Assembly: GCF_001194135.2 (NCBI RefSeq)
Contig: NC_068988.1
Location: 79,438,576 to 79,476,463, forward strand
DNA length: 37,888 nucleotides
Direction of reading: 5' to 3'
DNA from: Octopus bimaculoides
Lineage: Eukaryota
Shown here: piece by piece, positions 22,040 through 34,945 of the stretch
How the letters are laid out: each line of letters starts with the position of its first letter
Numbering within the stretch: the stretch's first letter is position 1
The notes under the pieces: model-generated
The model's database searches: none
What the model saw: the letters and a program-made list of their open reading frames with translations, nothing else
What the model was told of the DNA's origin: nothing
Translations under genes and position numbers: made by a program

Positions 22040-22848
22040 TCAGCAAAATTTGATATTAAAAAGATTAAAGACAACATCAAAACTATGCTGAAATGAAAAA
22101 ATAAATGCATTCAATCACATACTTTGACTGAGCTTGCTGCATAGCTTGAGTGTAGCCGTAATATATTACAGCAGATAATGAAAAGCTTTGTTGGAATGTG
22201 TGTACCTCAACAGCCGACACCTGATTTGAAGAAAAGAAAGATGAAAGCCTGCTCTAATCTGTTGATAGCACTTGAAGCAAATGAGGACAATTTTTCTGAT
22301 TTGGTCACAGAGAGTGAAGAGTGACTGTATCTTCATGATCCAGAAATGAAGGTTCACTCCATAGAAAGGTGTCACACTTCTTCTCCAAAGCCTAAGCAAT
22401 GATGGCTATTTTGTAGGATAACAAGGGTATGATTCTCCTTGATGTTCTGGAACATAGCTGTACCACAAGCAGTGAGCAGTACATCAAAATATTTAAAATG
22501 GTTAGAAAAGCCATTTTGAGGAAAACAATAAACAAGAGTCTGAAAAATCATCCACATTTGCCCTGACAATGGTGACAGCACACGCATCTTTGGAAACAAA
22601 TCAGACAATCAACATACTGGATTGGTCAGTGATCCCTAATGTACCCAACAACCCAGATTCAACTTCTACTTGTTCAGTCCAATGAAGAACAGTCTTCAGA
22701 GACAATGGTTTGATGACATAGACGAGGTGAAAGTGCCTGTGAGGAAGAGGGCCAAGCATACACACAGGAATGTCTTTGATGTGGTGTTAAGAGTTGGGTC
22801 AAATGACGGTACAGATATATCACTCACAGAGGAGACTATGTTGAGTAG
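22040..22848 (+). pseudogene. mariner transposase relic
   Basis: It reads (W)VPQQ.T, DLVTESEE*LYLHDPE, *DNKGMILLD, FYLFSPMKNSLQRQWFDDIDEVK and GDYVE*, with many lesions. Confidence 0.85.
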
Positions 22849-22999
22849 TACTTGTGTATAGAGGTAAAATTATTCAATGTGCTTGATTTAAACAATTTAT
22901 GTCAGTTAATGGAAAAGTTATGCCTATGTTTGCATTACTTTTGGTACAAAACTTATAAATAATTTTCGAAAGTTTTTGGTAAGTAATAATTACTGTTGG

Positions 23000-23322
23000 T
23001 ATTATAAAGCGGCCCTTTGCCACTGTTATATATGTCTTTGTATGATGGTTGTCGCTCTGATAGATATTGTTATATTCAGAAGTCATCAATAGAATGGTTC
23101 TATCTGGCAATGTATGACCCCCAGTCATACAGTGTTATTATCCTCAAAAGGTTGGATCATTATAACATCCACTCAGTATCACAATATAAGACATGACTAT
23201 CAACATGGTCTACACATACTCTCTGTACTCTCTTGATACGAGCTGATGTCACCTTACATAAGTGATTGACTTATTTCACTTGTCGCGTGGGAGGGGTGTA
23301 CCATTATTACTAATCCCCTACA
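23000..23322 (-). repeat. 3' LTR
   Basis: Direct repeat of 26018-26349 with many substitutions and indels. Confidence 0.9.
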
Positions 23323-23399
23323 ACATCTCCTCAAGTTTTTCTCAGGAAGTGTCATTTTATTTAGCAATAATATTTCTATTCATTCCTTTTTTGAATTGT

Positions 23400-24070
23400 T
23401 TTTTCCCCAGAACAATTTAATATCTTTTTCACTTGGCATCTATTTTTAGGAACTCTGTATGTTTACTTTTCTTTTCGTTTGTACGCCTGGGTTCAATCAC
23501 CTGCAATGGCATTGGTACTTGGAGCATATCGTACAACCATTCCATCGGTTCCTCCAACTTCTTTGCTTCACTTTCCACAAATCTCTTTTACAGTTGGTTC
23601 CTGTGTCTCTTTTGTATGCCTTTTCTACTTTTGACCCAATGTCATTTTACTTATGTATTTGGTAATTTTGTTCTCTTCCTAGTTCTGCTTTCCATTTTGT
23701 ATGTCCTCATATACACTTTATCACCAACTTCAAAAATCTTGCTATGTCGTCCCTGGCACTTTTTCTTTTCTTTCCAGGTAGAAATTTATCAAAAACTAAC
23801 TTTACTTTCCTTGCAAACATCAGCTCTGCTGGAGCACTACCTGCTGGTGTATTCAGATTTGGTGTTACATGGTACACTCTTAAAAATTGTTGAAGAGCTA
23901 CTTCATCCGTGCTTTCCTTATTTGCTTTCCTTAAAGCTCTTTTGAAGGCATCAACGTGTTCTGCCTGTCCATTAGATCTGCGATGGTATAATGCTGTAGT
24001 TATGTTCTACTGTGAACATTTGACAAAATTTTAAAAATTGTGTACCATTGTCATCAATTACTTCTCCTAA
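23400..24070 (-). pseudogene. Gypsy integrase C-terminal half
   Basis: DNGTQF..FCQMFTVEH.TTALYHRRSNGQAE..DAFKRAL...SAPAELMFARK. Confidence 0.85.
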
Positions 24071-24745
24071 GTATTTTATTTTCTTTTTTCCAGCAAGAAT
24101 TCACACTTTACTTCCATTAATCTGAACCCATATTTGCTTATTTTCTTGAATACTCTTTTAATATGTTCTAAGTGTTGCTCCTGGGACTCACTTTTTTCCA
24201 AAATATCATCCAGACAGGCAATAACGAAATCACAATCACTCAGTATTGCATCCATCATTTGCTGAAATATGGCAGGAACCACTTTTATTCTGAAGGGAAG
24301 CCGGTTAAATGGTGTGTGTTTATTGTTAACAAATGTGTGCAATCTTCTACTACTTGTATTTGTAGATATGCCCCTGGGAGGTCTAATTTAGAGAAGAATT
24401 TCCCTCCATTTAATTTTGCAAACACTTCTTCCGGATTGGGCAATGTGCGACAAGACAATCATTCAAACCTGTCCAAAAGTCTACACAGGCTCATAGTTTG
24501 TTATTTTTTTTTTACATGTAAACCATTGGTGCTGCCTAGTCTGCGTGGTCAATTAATTTCGATTATACTAAGACTTCCCAGTTCTTTGTTAACCCGCTCT
24601 ATTGCCACAAATGGCACATTCCGTTTGGGCCTAAAGACTGGTGTTGTACCTTGCTTTACTATGATCTTAGCTTTTGTTTTTGTACAGTAACTCAGTTCTT
24701 CCCAAAAAATATCTGGAAATAATTTTAAAATTTTTTGCCTCAATC
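24071..24745 (-). pseudogene. Gypsy reverse transcriptase (partial)
   Basis: FPDIF, TTPVFRPKRNVPF and FNRLPFRIKVVPAIFQQMMDAILSDCDFVIACLDDIL..HLEHIKRVF (YLDD decayed to CLDD). Confidence 0.9.
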
Positions 24746-25019
24746 TTTTGGCCTCTTTTGAACATTTGACTGACCCAACTACATTCCCACACAGAACACT
24801 TATGTGCTACCATTTTTAGATTTAATTAAATTCAGCTTACCAACATATTTCCACGTTCTTTGTGTTTATAATAGTAATGTCACTACCTGTGTCTAATTGC
24901 ACTTCAACAGTTGTATTTCTGATTTTCACCGTCACAAATTATCTCATCGTAAAATTTTCAATTTCTTCTGATGACAAACCTTTTCTGATGTTTTATAATC
25001 TTCATTCTACAATGAGACT

Positions 25020-25900
25020 TTATATGTCCCATATTTCCACAATGAAAACACTCACTTTTTTAAATGGACAATTTTTCCTCAGGTGCATACCACCACATGC
25101 AAAACATGGGCTTATATCCTGATGTTTGTCGTGTTTTTTAAAAAACACTTTATCTCTATTCAGACTATTCTGCACTGGTTTTACTTGGAAACAATCTTTA
25201 CGTTCAATTTCCTCTGTGTTGTGTCTTAATTTAAGTATCCTTTCACATTCTTCAGACAATTTTTGCAGGGTTACATCCTGGCTTTGCTTCAGCTTTGCAA
25301 GAATTCTAGTTCTGACTTCTGCGTTCTTTTCGGCAGTTGTCCCTGTGTAAAAATCAGGCATTTGAACATGCCTGGAGTTAATTTATCCAGTTTAAACTTC
25401 TTGCATTCCTTGTTTACTCTACCAACATATGTGATGTAATCCTCATTGTTGTTTTTCTCTATGTTCAGTCACTTCCAATGAGTGTTGAACAATAAACTTT
25501 AATGATACAATAGATATATTGTGTAAAATTTTCAATGGAGAAAGTTCATCTCTGAAGGTTTTCTTGGGAGCACATAATTACTGTATTGTTCATGTTCTGT
25601 TGCTGCCAGGTTTCAAGATTAAGTGCATTTTCATTTCGCCATCCCAGTCTTTATATTCTTTCTCAAAGATTTGCTCACATCTTCTGTAGTATGCCTTGAA
25701 GCAAACTCCTTCATCAGATTCATATTTGAATTTAGTAATTGACTTCACAACATAGTCTGTCGAGAACACTTTTTCTGGCTTTCCTGATGACTTCAGTAAT
25801 TACAGCATTTGCTGCTATAATATTAATTGTCGTTGCATCTGTTGTTGCTCTTGCAGTTGTTGTTGCTGATTTTCCAATTCGAGCAAACCTGCCAACAAAT
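25020..25900 (-). pseudogene. Gypsy gag with zinc knuckle
   Basis: AEVRTRILAKL...CFACGGMHLRKNCPF (CCHC), with a Q-rich N-terminal stretch near 25850. Confidence 0.85.
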
Positions 25901-26017
25901 TATTAACTCCATGTGAATTGGTTTATCCTTGTTGAGTTTATCAATTTCTCAAGAATTGTTTAAATCCTCTTTGAGTTTCTATTAACTCCACGTGAATTGG
26001 TTTATCCTTGTCACCAC

Positions 26018-26349
26018 TGTTATAAAATGGTCTTTTGCCACTGTTGAATCTGTCTTTATATGATAGTTGTTGCTCTGACAGATATTGTTATATTCTCAGT
26101 TGTCAACAGGATGTTTCTAACTGGCACTGTACGACCCCCAGTTGTACAGTGTTATTATCCTCAAACGGTTGGATCATTACAGTGTCCACTCAGTATCACA
26201 GTATAATTACTATATCAGCACAGACATGACTATCAACATGGTCTACATGTGCTGTTTGTACTCTCTCGCTGATGTCACCTTACTTATAGTGACTGACTCA
26301 TTCCACTCATCATGTGGGAGGGGTGTACCATTGTTACTAACTCCCTACA
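26018..26349 (-). repeat. 5' LTR
   Basis: Direct repeat of 23000-23322, with the PBS adjacent at 26003-26016. Confidence 0.9.
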
Positions 26350-26755
26350 ATTGGTTTTATAGCAGTTTATATTTTTCGCTGCAGAATGTTTTTCCATTTG
26401 ACATTATATAGCTATTAATGGATGATTCATTTTTGTTTGGTTTAAGATTGTGGTGAGAAACATAGTATTAATGGTAACACAAAGCAAAGAAAATACTTTG
26501 ATCCCAATTAAGCATACACTACTCAAGTTCTCATTTAATAAATTCAATTTGCTGAAAAGCAGTACTAAAAGAACTTAGGATAGCAGCGAATTAGCCATGC
26601 AACTGTTGTACCCTCTGTTGAGAACACTTTACTTCCTATCACTAGTGGTAGGTAGTCTGCTGGACTTGACCATCAGATTCCCTACCCTTGAAATTAACGC
26701 GTAAGTGATTGAGTATTCTGCAGTCATGTGTACTCTTAATATAATTCTCAGATCC

Positions 26756-26758
<3 letters not shown>

Positions 26759-26796
<38 letters not shown>

Positions 26797-26893
26797 NNNN
26801 NNNNNNNNNNNNNNNNNNNNNNNNNNNNNNNNNNNNNNNNNNNNNNNNNNNNNNNNNNNNNNNNNNNNNNNNNNNNNNNNNNNNNNNNNNNNN

Positions 26894-26942
<49 letters not shown>
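26759..26942. repeat. (GA)n microsatellite spanning a 97-N gap (26797-26893)
   Basis: Direct. Confidence 0.95.
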
Positions 26943-26946
<4 letters not shown>

Positions 26947-26949
26947 CGT

Positions 26950-28000
26950 CCAAGTACTGATCCAGTATCTTATTTATAGGCATAACTGAAGTGGCAAGGG
27001 CCAATCTTAGAATGTTGGGCCTCGTGGAGAGGATGACAATGGACTGAGATGACTGGTCATATGAGGTTCTTGACAAGACCTGCACATATCAGAGAAACCG
27101 ACTTCTAGAATCGCTGTGTGTTCCACCCACATCTAACAAGAAAACTTTTCACACATCCTACTGTAACAAACCAAACTACAACTCTTCTCTGCCTCATATC
27201 TCCTCTTTCATGCACTATGCTTATTTCTCACTCCTCAATCCTTTACTCAGAATCCTGTTCACTGTATCATTGCTAGCCAGTAGCCAACCCCTCTATACAC
27301 CCAGGTTTTTCACCACTCACTGCATTCCCTCTGCCCACACTCTACTCATGTTTCTTTAGTAATGCCCTGCCACTTATACTGTGACTGCTGTAGTTCAAGG
27401 ATATGCCCTGACACTTGCCACCGTCTATCTCTCTCTTCTTTTACTTGACCTTCCTATCTATATTCCAATCCCTGTCCCTTGTGAGTATGCCCAGCATTTT
27501 GCCATCATCTCTTTCCTGCCCTCTCTTGCACTCCTGCTGTCTCCCACCCTCTCTCTCTCTTTCTCTTCCCTACCTACAACACACCTGTTTCTGTCTCTTT
27601 GTCTCACTATAACCTTTCATCAGCTGACACAAGATCACCTCTTCAAATGCTCCCTCCCTTCTCAAAGGATCTTTGTCTTGCAAGTTGCTTGGTGATCCTT
27701 CCAGTACTGGTGCCACTTCAAAAAGCATCCAGTCCACACTGTCAAGTGGTTGGTGTTTGAAAGGGCATCCAACTGTATAAACCATGCCAAAACTGACCTT
27801 GCCTGTGTTTGTGCCACATAAAAGAGCACTCAGTCTGCTCTGCTGGGTGGTTGGTGTTAGGAAGGGCATCCAACCATAAAACCCCCACCAAAACAGACAC
27901 AGAAGTATGGTGCAGGCTCCTGCCTGGCCAGCTCCTGTCAAACCGTCCAACCCATGCCAGCATGGAACGAGGACATCAAATGATGATGATGATGATGATG
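26950..28000 (+). mobile_element. RTE 3' end: ORF terminus, pyrimidine-rich UTR, duplicated tail module, (ATG)n
   Basis: It reads EVARANLRMLGL..DDW..VLDKT, has two AAGGGCATCCA modules, and ends in ATG repeats at ~27980-28000. Confidence 0.8.
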
Positions 28001-29614
28001 AAACTAAAAAGGGGCAAAGCTGACAAGATGTGAACTCAGAGTACAGAAGGCAAGAATGAAACTGTAAGGCATTTCATCTGATACTTTGATGTTGATTCTG
28101 TCAGCTTGCTGTTTTAACTGTATCATGAATACCATTGGGAAAGACATGATTGTCAAATTTGCCACTTCCCCTAAAATAGGCTAATGTGACAACTGAAACT
28201 AAAATCAATACATAAAACAAATTAAATTCTTAATTAGAAATATTTATATGGTGAGAAAAGTGACAACATTAGTTCAATGATGAAATGGATAATATTATTT
28301 CAACCAAATGTAGATGACAATTCAAGGCATGTTTTATTAGTCCTCCACAGTGAAATTTGACAACATTCTTTACCAAAGTTGTGATGAGAGAGTCATTAAG
28401 CAGATGTAGTATGTTTGACACAATTAAGAGGGGGGGGGGAACAATTACTTCCTTGCAAAATACTTTAAAGACTAGTCATCCATAACCCCTTACAAATAAG
28501 CTCATACATACACAAATTCTATGTTAGTAGACTATCTTGCTGTCAGGTTCTACTTCTGTACAACCCATTTGCATATAAATATTATTCATAACATCAATAA
28601 GAAAGTTGCATAAAGAATGAATTTAATTTCTCATCTCCATAAACATTGAATTGAATGTGAGTATATATAGACAGATGTATGTATATGTGTTACACACACA
28701 CAAACCATGTCATAAATCAACGAGCCAGTTTCCCAATATTCTGGTAAAGAATATTGTGAGATTGAAGATATTGTTTGGGTAAAAATCTGTAAAGCAATTT
28801 ATACACACATATACACATACTTTCACATAAATATATACTTACATTTACACACCACATATATATTATCTATTTACATCTAAACACACATATTTACACATAC
28901 ATAAGTCTACACCCACATTTATGCAGCATAGTATGTTAACATAACAGCTTTTGTATAGAAAGAAAAAAAAATCATTGTTTTATGTAAAAGAGTGCCAACA
29001 ACTGAATCTGGTAATTGTGTCAATAAATGGAAATGTAAGAGAAGTATGGAACAATGTTGTCATGTGACAGGTATCAGAAGATGAGCAATACAGATTCTTC
29101 ATTCATTGTACATTAAGTCAATCCTTCATCACAAAAGTAAGTACATATAGAGGAGGGGAGGGCAAGGATAGACTGAAATATGACTGAAAGAAATAGAGAG
29201 AGTGAACACAGAGAAAAAGACAAAGAAAAAAAGAGCAGAGGAGGTGGAGAAAGAATACAATAGAAGGAATGTGAAGACAAAAGATACCCACACACAAATA
29301 TATGTACATATATATACACTTTTGGACAGACATAAGTTTGACATAAAAAAAAAATGATGGCAAGGTTAATTTCAAAGTTCAAAACTGAAAACAATTAAAG
29401 GCTAGTACTATGCAATAATGGTATTACATCACCTTTTTGTGAAAAATATACCTTAATAGGAAGAAAATGAATAATAGTATTACAACAATAAAAAAAAAAA
29501 ATCAATACTCAGATATGAAAATCCTATGAATTTACCCATGACATTACTATAGATGAATATTTGAAGAAAGAAGTAAATTGAATAAGGGAAAAGTAAATAT
29601 TGCAGAAAACTCAC

Positions 29615-29670
29615 TTCGGTAAAGGCCAGGAACCAATTTATACACTAAGTCTTGTAAAGTTTCATCAGCC
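29615..29670 (-). CDS. BMI1: BMI1/PCGF-like coding exon (56 nt, phase 2 to 1): ADETLQDLVYKLVPGLYR
   Basis: Acceptor tttattttccag, donor gtgagt. It matches BMI1 SDKTLQDIVYKLVPGLFK. Confidence 0.96.
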
Positions 29671-31064
29671 CTGGAAAATAAACAATGGATTATCTTCTTT
29701 TAGATTCACCAATATTATTATATTAATTGCAAGTAAAACACAATACAGGGATACTGAATATTTTAGACACAGATTTTTTATTTCAATTGAGGCTTTATTT
29801 AAAAAATGCTAACAATTTCTGTCTTGATGTTTATTAATATGAGCATGTATTATAAGGGCAGTATTACAATATTTCTGCTTTTTACAAACATTTTAAATAT
29901 CAATGTGCTATAAGATAATCATTGTTTCAAATAGAAAGCACAGACTATCCACATCTCTTACATCATTTACCTCACCCCCATATTTGTATCTTGAGAAAGT
30001 TGAAATGTCCTTTTTTGCTCATAGTAGAGAAATGGTGAAATTTTTTCAGAGAAAAAAAGCCCACAACTTTTCTAAATGTATTCCTTTGTTCTGATATAAA
30101 ATCTTTTAGTTTCCCTCTCAGGTTGTAACTTTATCTTTGTAAGCTGTATCTACTGAGTTGCTACTGAGCAAACAAGTTTTCTGTCATCTGCCCTCTCACA
30201 TAAGTATTGTGTTCCACTTATTTAATTCTAAATATTATCTTTTTAAAAAAGGCAAACAGTAAATATATTTATGTCTAAATACTATTTCAAAAACAATATA
30301 ACACTCCAATTAAACATTAATTGAAAGACATGCACTTTGAAGGCATTACTTAACTGTAATTATGTGTGTGTGTGTATACATATATACATGACACTAAAGA
30401 TAAGATAATCTCAGTTTAATTGAGGGATGACACAGATCTATTTTACTAATGCAAGTTACATCTAAGTCAGTGACATTAGTAAGTGCCAGCCTCATAAAGG
30501 CAACATATACACTTCTTTCTTGGTGACATCTGTAACTCAGTATCTTTATAATTTTTAATCATGTCTTTTTGCATCTGCACTGGATTTTTATTTTTTTTTA
30601 TACCAATCTTCCAAATGGTAGGCACTCTCCACTCATTTCTTATACTATCTGCAACAACAACTAGTTAGCATATGGCATCTCAATGCATACAGTACATGCC
30701 TAGAAATGTCATATATGTAACTAGTTATTATGCTGACTGAGTGAATTGTACTTCTTTTCCGCTTTTTAGTTCCATCATTTTCTCCTTCCCTCTTGCATGT
30801 GCGTATTTGTGTAAGTATAAGAGAGAGACAAATGCAAACAGAGATTTAATTCAAATGCAATTTAATTATATATGAGTAAGATATATAAGCTAATGTGAAA
30901 GAATAACTATCACAAAAAGAGGAAAGTATTGCTGGTGTATCATGGAAATTGTTTGAAAACAATTGTACGGAAATAATTATTCATAAAATAGTTATTCGAA
31001 ATAAATATCATTTGTGTTCTTGATTTTTATTGAGTGCATGATATGATGATGGTAATAATAATAA

Positions 31065-31278
31065 TATTAATCCTTTCTACTAAAGGCACAAGACATGAAA
31101 TTTTGGAGGAAGGGACTAGTTGATTACATCAATCCCAATGTTTCACTGGTACTCAATTTATCGACCCTGAAGGGATGAAAGGCAAAGTTGACCTCAGCAA
31201 AATTTGAACTCAGATCGTAAGGACTGACAAAATGCTGCTAACCATTGTGACCAGCATGCTAATGATTCTGCCAGTTCA
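31065..31278 (-). mobile_element. tRNA-headed SINE with conserved central domain
   Basis: It has an A-box-like TGGCAGAATCATT, a B-box-like GAGTTCAAAT, and the central GCCTTTCATCCCTTCAGGGTCGATAAATTGAGTACCAG. A partial copy lies at ~31320-31415. Confidence 0.75.
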
Positions 31279-31878
31279 ATAATAATAATGGTTTTTCAAA
31301 TTTTGGCAGGACAGCAATTTTGAGATAACAGGGAGCAAATAACATTGCTTTCAGTACTTCACTGGTACTTTGACCTTGAAAAGACAAAAGGCATAGTGGA
31401 CCCTGGTAGGATTTGTGTTTCACTTTCCCCAGTTAAAATATTTTAATTTTAATTTTTTAACTCAGCAAAAAAATGTTCTCTTTCATGAAGCCCTGGAAAT
31501 GAAGATATGACAGATTTTTTTTTAGCAAAAAAAATCATTATTAATATAGCAAAAATTTAGATAGTTTTTGGAAGTAAAAATATATCTATTTTAGTGTTCA
31601 TACATAAATACACAAATGTTCATTCATTCATTCAATATCCATTTTCCCATGCTAACACAAGTTGACCAAGGGCTTATTCAAGGCAGGATTTTTAAACTAA
31701 ATGAATGTTCTTCCCATTGACAACTCTTACCCACACCTCGAGTAAAGAATTATTCATTCGACAAATGTTCTAAAATTAAGTTCAAGTTGTTATGACAGCA
31801 AAGAATATAAAAAAGGAATGGAAGAAAAAAAATCAATTTTGCTCGGCCTGTGACCAGATCGGCTATGCTATAGAGACA

Positions 31879-33593
31879 CCTTTTAGTGTTCAGACCAGCC
31901 ATATCCAATTCCTGAAATCACTAAAAATATAAACAAATCACGTTATTGAATTCCCATAGCTTTGAGATAATGTGAGATAAAGTTTTTCCTGCCTTTATTC
32001 AAGAGAAAATACCACAAAATTTTTGAGACTTCTTGGTTTTTTTTCAACACTTGAAGAAAAGTGTGTATCTTAGTTTTTAACAATATAGCATCAGCAAGTA
32101 GTGATTCCAAATTTGAAGGTTTTATTTAACTCTTGATGATGCACAAAATATAAATGAAAACAACTGTGATTTGCCTTTGGATGAATCTGATACTGATATT
32201 TACGAAAAATCGTTGGACAAGGAATATCTTGATAAAGAAAGTGATGAAAATGATATTGAAAACATTACAGCAATATGGTTGAAGATTACTACCTCAACCA
32301 CAATTCCCAATTTCACAGAAAAGACTAGTCCACAATACAGTCTCCCTCCCAATGCTCAACCATTGGACTATTCATCTTAATTTTTACCAAAAAGTTTTTT
32401 TGAAACTGTCATGGAGGAAACAAATAAATATGTTCAATGCATAATTTCTATTAATAGAAGACCCGATCCACTATGGCAGCCAACTGATACTGCGGAAATA
32501 CAAGCTTTTCTTACTATAAACATTATGTTTGGTATCAATCAGCTTCCTTGACTGTGGAACTACTGGAGTCCTGATATAGCATTATGTCTAACTATAGTTA
32601 ATTCATATATTGTTTATGTAAAAAGCCAGAAGGTGCCTCTGCCACCAAAGGCCTATGACCGTTTGAAATTTTGGGTTGACATTGCATCTCAGTTACGTGA
32701 GGGCTTTTCTTCCAGAAAGCACAGAACTGGGAGAAAAGCAAAATTAACTGAGGTGGATGTCGACAGAAAATATTGACTTTCATAAATGGAAAAAATAAAT
32801 GGAAGGAAAAAGTTTGCAGACTGTGTTCACTGCAAAAGAATATCAGGTTGAGACCTCATATATATGTTCGTTTTGCAAAGTGCCCTTGTGTAAAGGGTGC
32901 TTTGGACAATATGGCATAACTATATTTTGTTGTTTGATAGTAATACTATCATGTATTCCTTTCATTTTATTACAAATAATATGTGAAAATGAGAAACACA
33001 TATTAATTCTCAGTATGTTACATACCTGTATTCACCATTGTCTTGCCTGTTAATGAGCTTTTTTAATTAGATGCATTCTGCCATGTAAATTTATTCGTTA
33101 AATTGTATAAGACTACATAGCCAATGGTATATTGACTAGTAAAAGAGTTTTGTACTTTATTTTCAATGAAAATGCTTGAATGAAATATAGAGAAAGAGTA
33201 AAATCTGTATTTTAATTAATTCAAATTAATGTACCTCATCTTGACAAGTGGCAAAATTGTTGGCAGTTGACATCTGGGATAAATTTAGCAACAAGTCAAA
33301 CAGATACATTAAGAATTTCAATTTTAGTGTTTATCCATAAAGTTATTGCTTTTACACTCATTAATTAAATTTACCTGCCCATAAAGTCAAATTCAATCAT
33401 TAAGATCAGCTAAAATTGCATAACTATAAACCACCGGTACATAAGCAGCCACTGACAAAATTTCAAATCCGTATGAAAAAAATTCAGTTACAAGCAAATA
33501 CTATAGACACCCCTCTTGAACCTGAATAATTCAAAATAATGTGAACAAGTAAGCATTACATTTGACAGATTAACCTGAACACTAAAGGGTTAA
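31879..33593 (+). mobile_element. Internally deleted piggyBac (PGBD4-like) with both TIRs
   Basis: The 15-bp TIRs at 31879-31893 and 33575-33589 match 14/15, with TTAA at 33590-33593. An acidic N-terminus and ETNKY..EIQAFL..YWS join directly to TIVNSYIVY and a Cys-rich C-terminus (CSFCKVPLCKGC). Confidence 0.85.
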
Positions 33594-33899
33594 AGAATTT
33601 CACACACAATAAATTACCAACAGTTTCTATCTACCAAATTCACTCACAAGACATTCATCAACACATCACTACAGAACAAGGAATTTGCTCAAAATGTTGC
33701 ACAGTAAACTTGTAATCACACAAACATGTTTGTGCCTATAGCATACCTGTGTCTGTAAAAGTTTAGTACCGACTAAAATGTTACTTAATTTTTCTGATTG
33801 GACAGAAACTGGTGTTCTCAATGTGATGTGTCAAAATTCAGATTAAAATAGCATGTGTCCTTTCTTTCTTTATGGATATGTCCAGGTGTTTATTTGAGA

Positions 33900-33942
<43 letters not shown>

Positions 33943-33944
33943 CA

Positions 33945-34190
33945 CACATCACTAAAACTCAAGAACTACCCAACAGATTTCATTCAGATTTTACACATGC
34001 CTAACTTAGGGTCAATGCAGTGTCATGGGAAAAAAAATGACTTTCAACTTCTAGCCCTATGCGAGTCCACAGCAATCTCTTATCTCTTACACTATTTCAG
34101 TATTACCTGCCAAAAGTGAAGCAATAACATTTCAATTGTAATGTGAGGTACTTTCAGTTTCAATAGTTTCACTATTAATACTTTCAATAT
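33945..34190 (+). mobile_element. Possible Helentron-associated (HINE/DINE-like) non-autonomous element
   Basis: It follows a (GT)n/ATGT tract and contains AAAACTCAAGAACTACCCAACAGATTTCATTCAGATTTTACACATG, like the subterminal block of HINE-type elements. This is recognition from memory only. Confidence 0.4.
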
Positions 34191-34200
34191 GTATATATGC

Positions 34201-34237
<37 letters not shown>

Positions 34238-34261
34238 CATCTATATATTTGTATATACATC

Positions 34262-34312
<51 letters not shown>

Positions 34313-34458
34313 TTGGCGTTAGGAAGGGCATCCAGCTGTAGAAACTCTGCCAAATTAGATTGGAGCCTGGTGTTGCCATCCGGTTTCACCAGTCCTCAGT
34401 CAAATCGTCCAACCCATGCTAGCATGGAAAGTGGACGTTAAACGATGATGATGATGAT
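34313..34458 (+). mobile_element. Solo RTE-type 3' tail (SINE/LINE tail)
   Basis: TTGGCGTTAGGAAGGGCATCCAGCTGTAGAAAC...GGACGTTAAAC(GAT)n, a near match to the reverse complement of 33-180. Confidence 0.85.
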
Positions 34459-34490
34459 ATATATAATGTATGTAGATATAGATTTATATG

Positions 34491-34554
<64 letters not shown>

Positions 34555-34905
34555 TATATGTATGTATAGATGTATATATATGTATGTATATATATATGTG
34601 GAAGAAACTGAAGAAAAGAGTTCCTTCAAAGGGGTGTGTAAAACATCCAATTCACTGGAACATCAGTTGAATACCATATAAATATGGGTATAATGCAAAT
34701 TACAAATATAAATTAAGCAGAGAGGCACTATTGACAATCCAATAATTTATTTATATCATAATATTACATAATAAACTACGAATACGATATAACATATTAT
34801 ATAACATAAACAATTATTTCAAAACCAAAAAGGCCAACAAATTGTTTCAACTTATATACATTTTCTGATATATACACACACAATAATATACACAATAACA
34901 GTTCC

Positions 34906-34945
<40 letters not shown>

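Larger units (their letters stand above)
23000..26349 (-). mobile_element. Ty3/Gypsy LTR retrotransposon, internally deleted, with both LTRs
   Basis: The LTRs at 26018-26349 and 23000-23322 start TGTAG and end ..ATAACA/ATAATA on the minus strand. A PBS TGGTGACAAGGAT follows the 5' LTR, a purine tract GAGGAGATGT precedes the 3' LTR, and the 5-bp TSD GTTGG/ATTGG has one mismatch. Confidence 0.9.

Noticed and set aside
23433-24690. Plus-strand ORFs of 170 and 172 aa
   Set aside because: They are antisense shadows of the Gypsy pol region.
33790-33830. Minus-strand HIENTSFCPI as the BMI1 RING exon
   Set aside because: It continues RKIK* rather than CD..., lacks the upstream cysteines and has no splice sites. 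It is a chance match.
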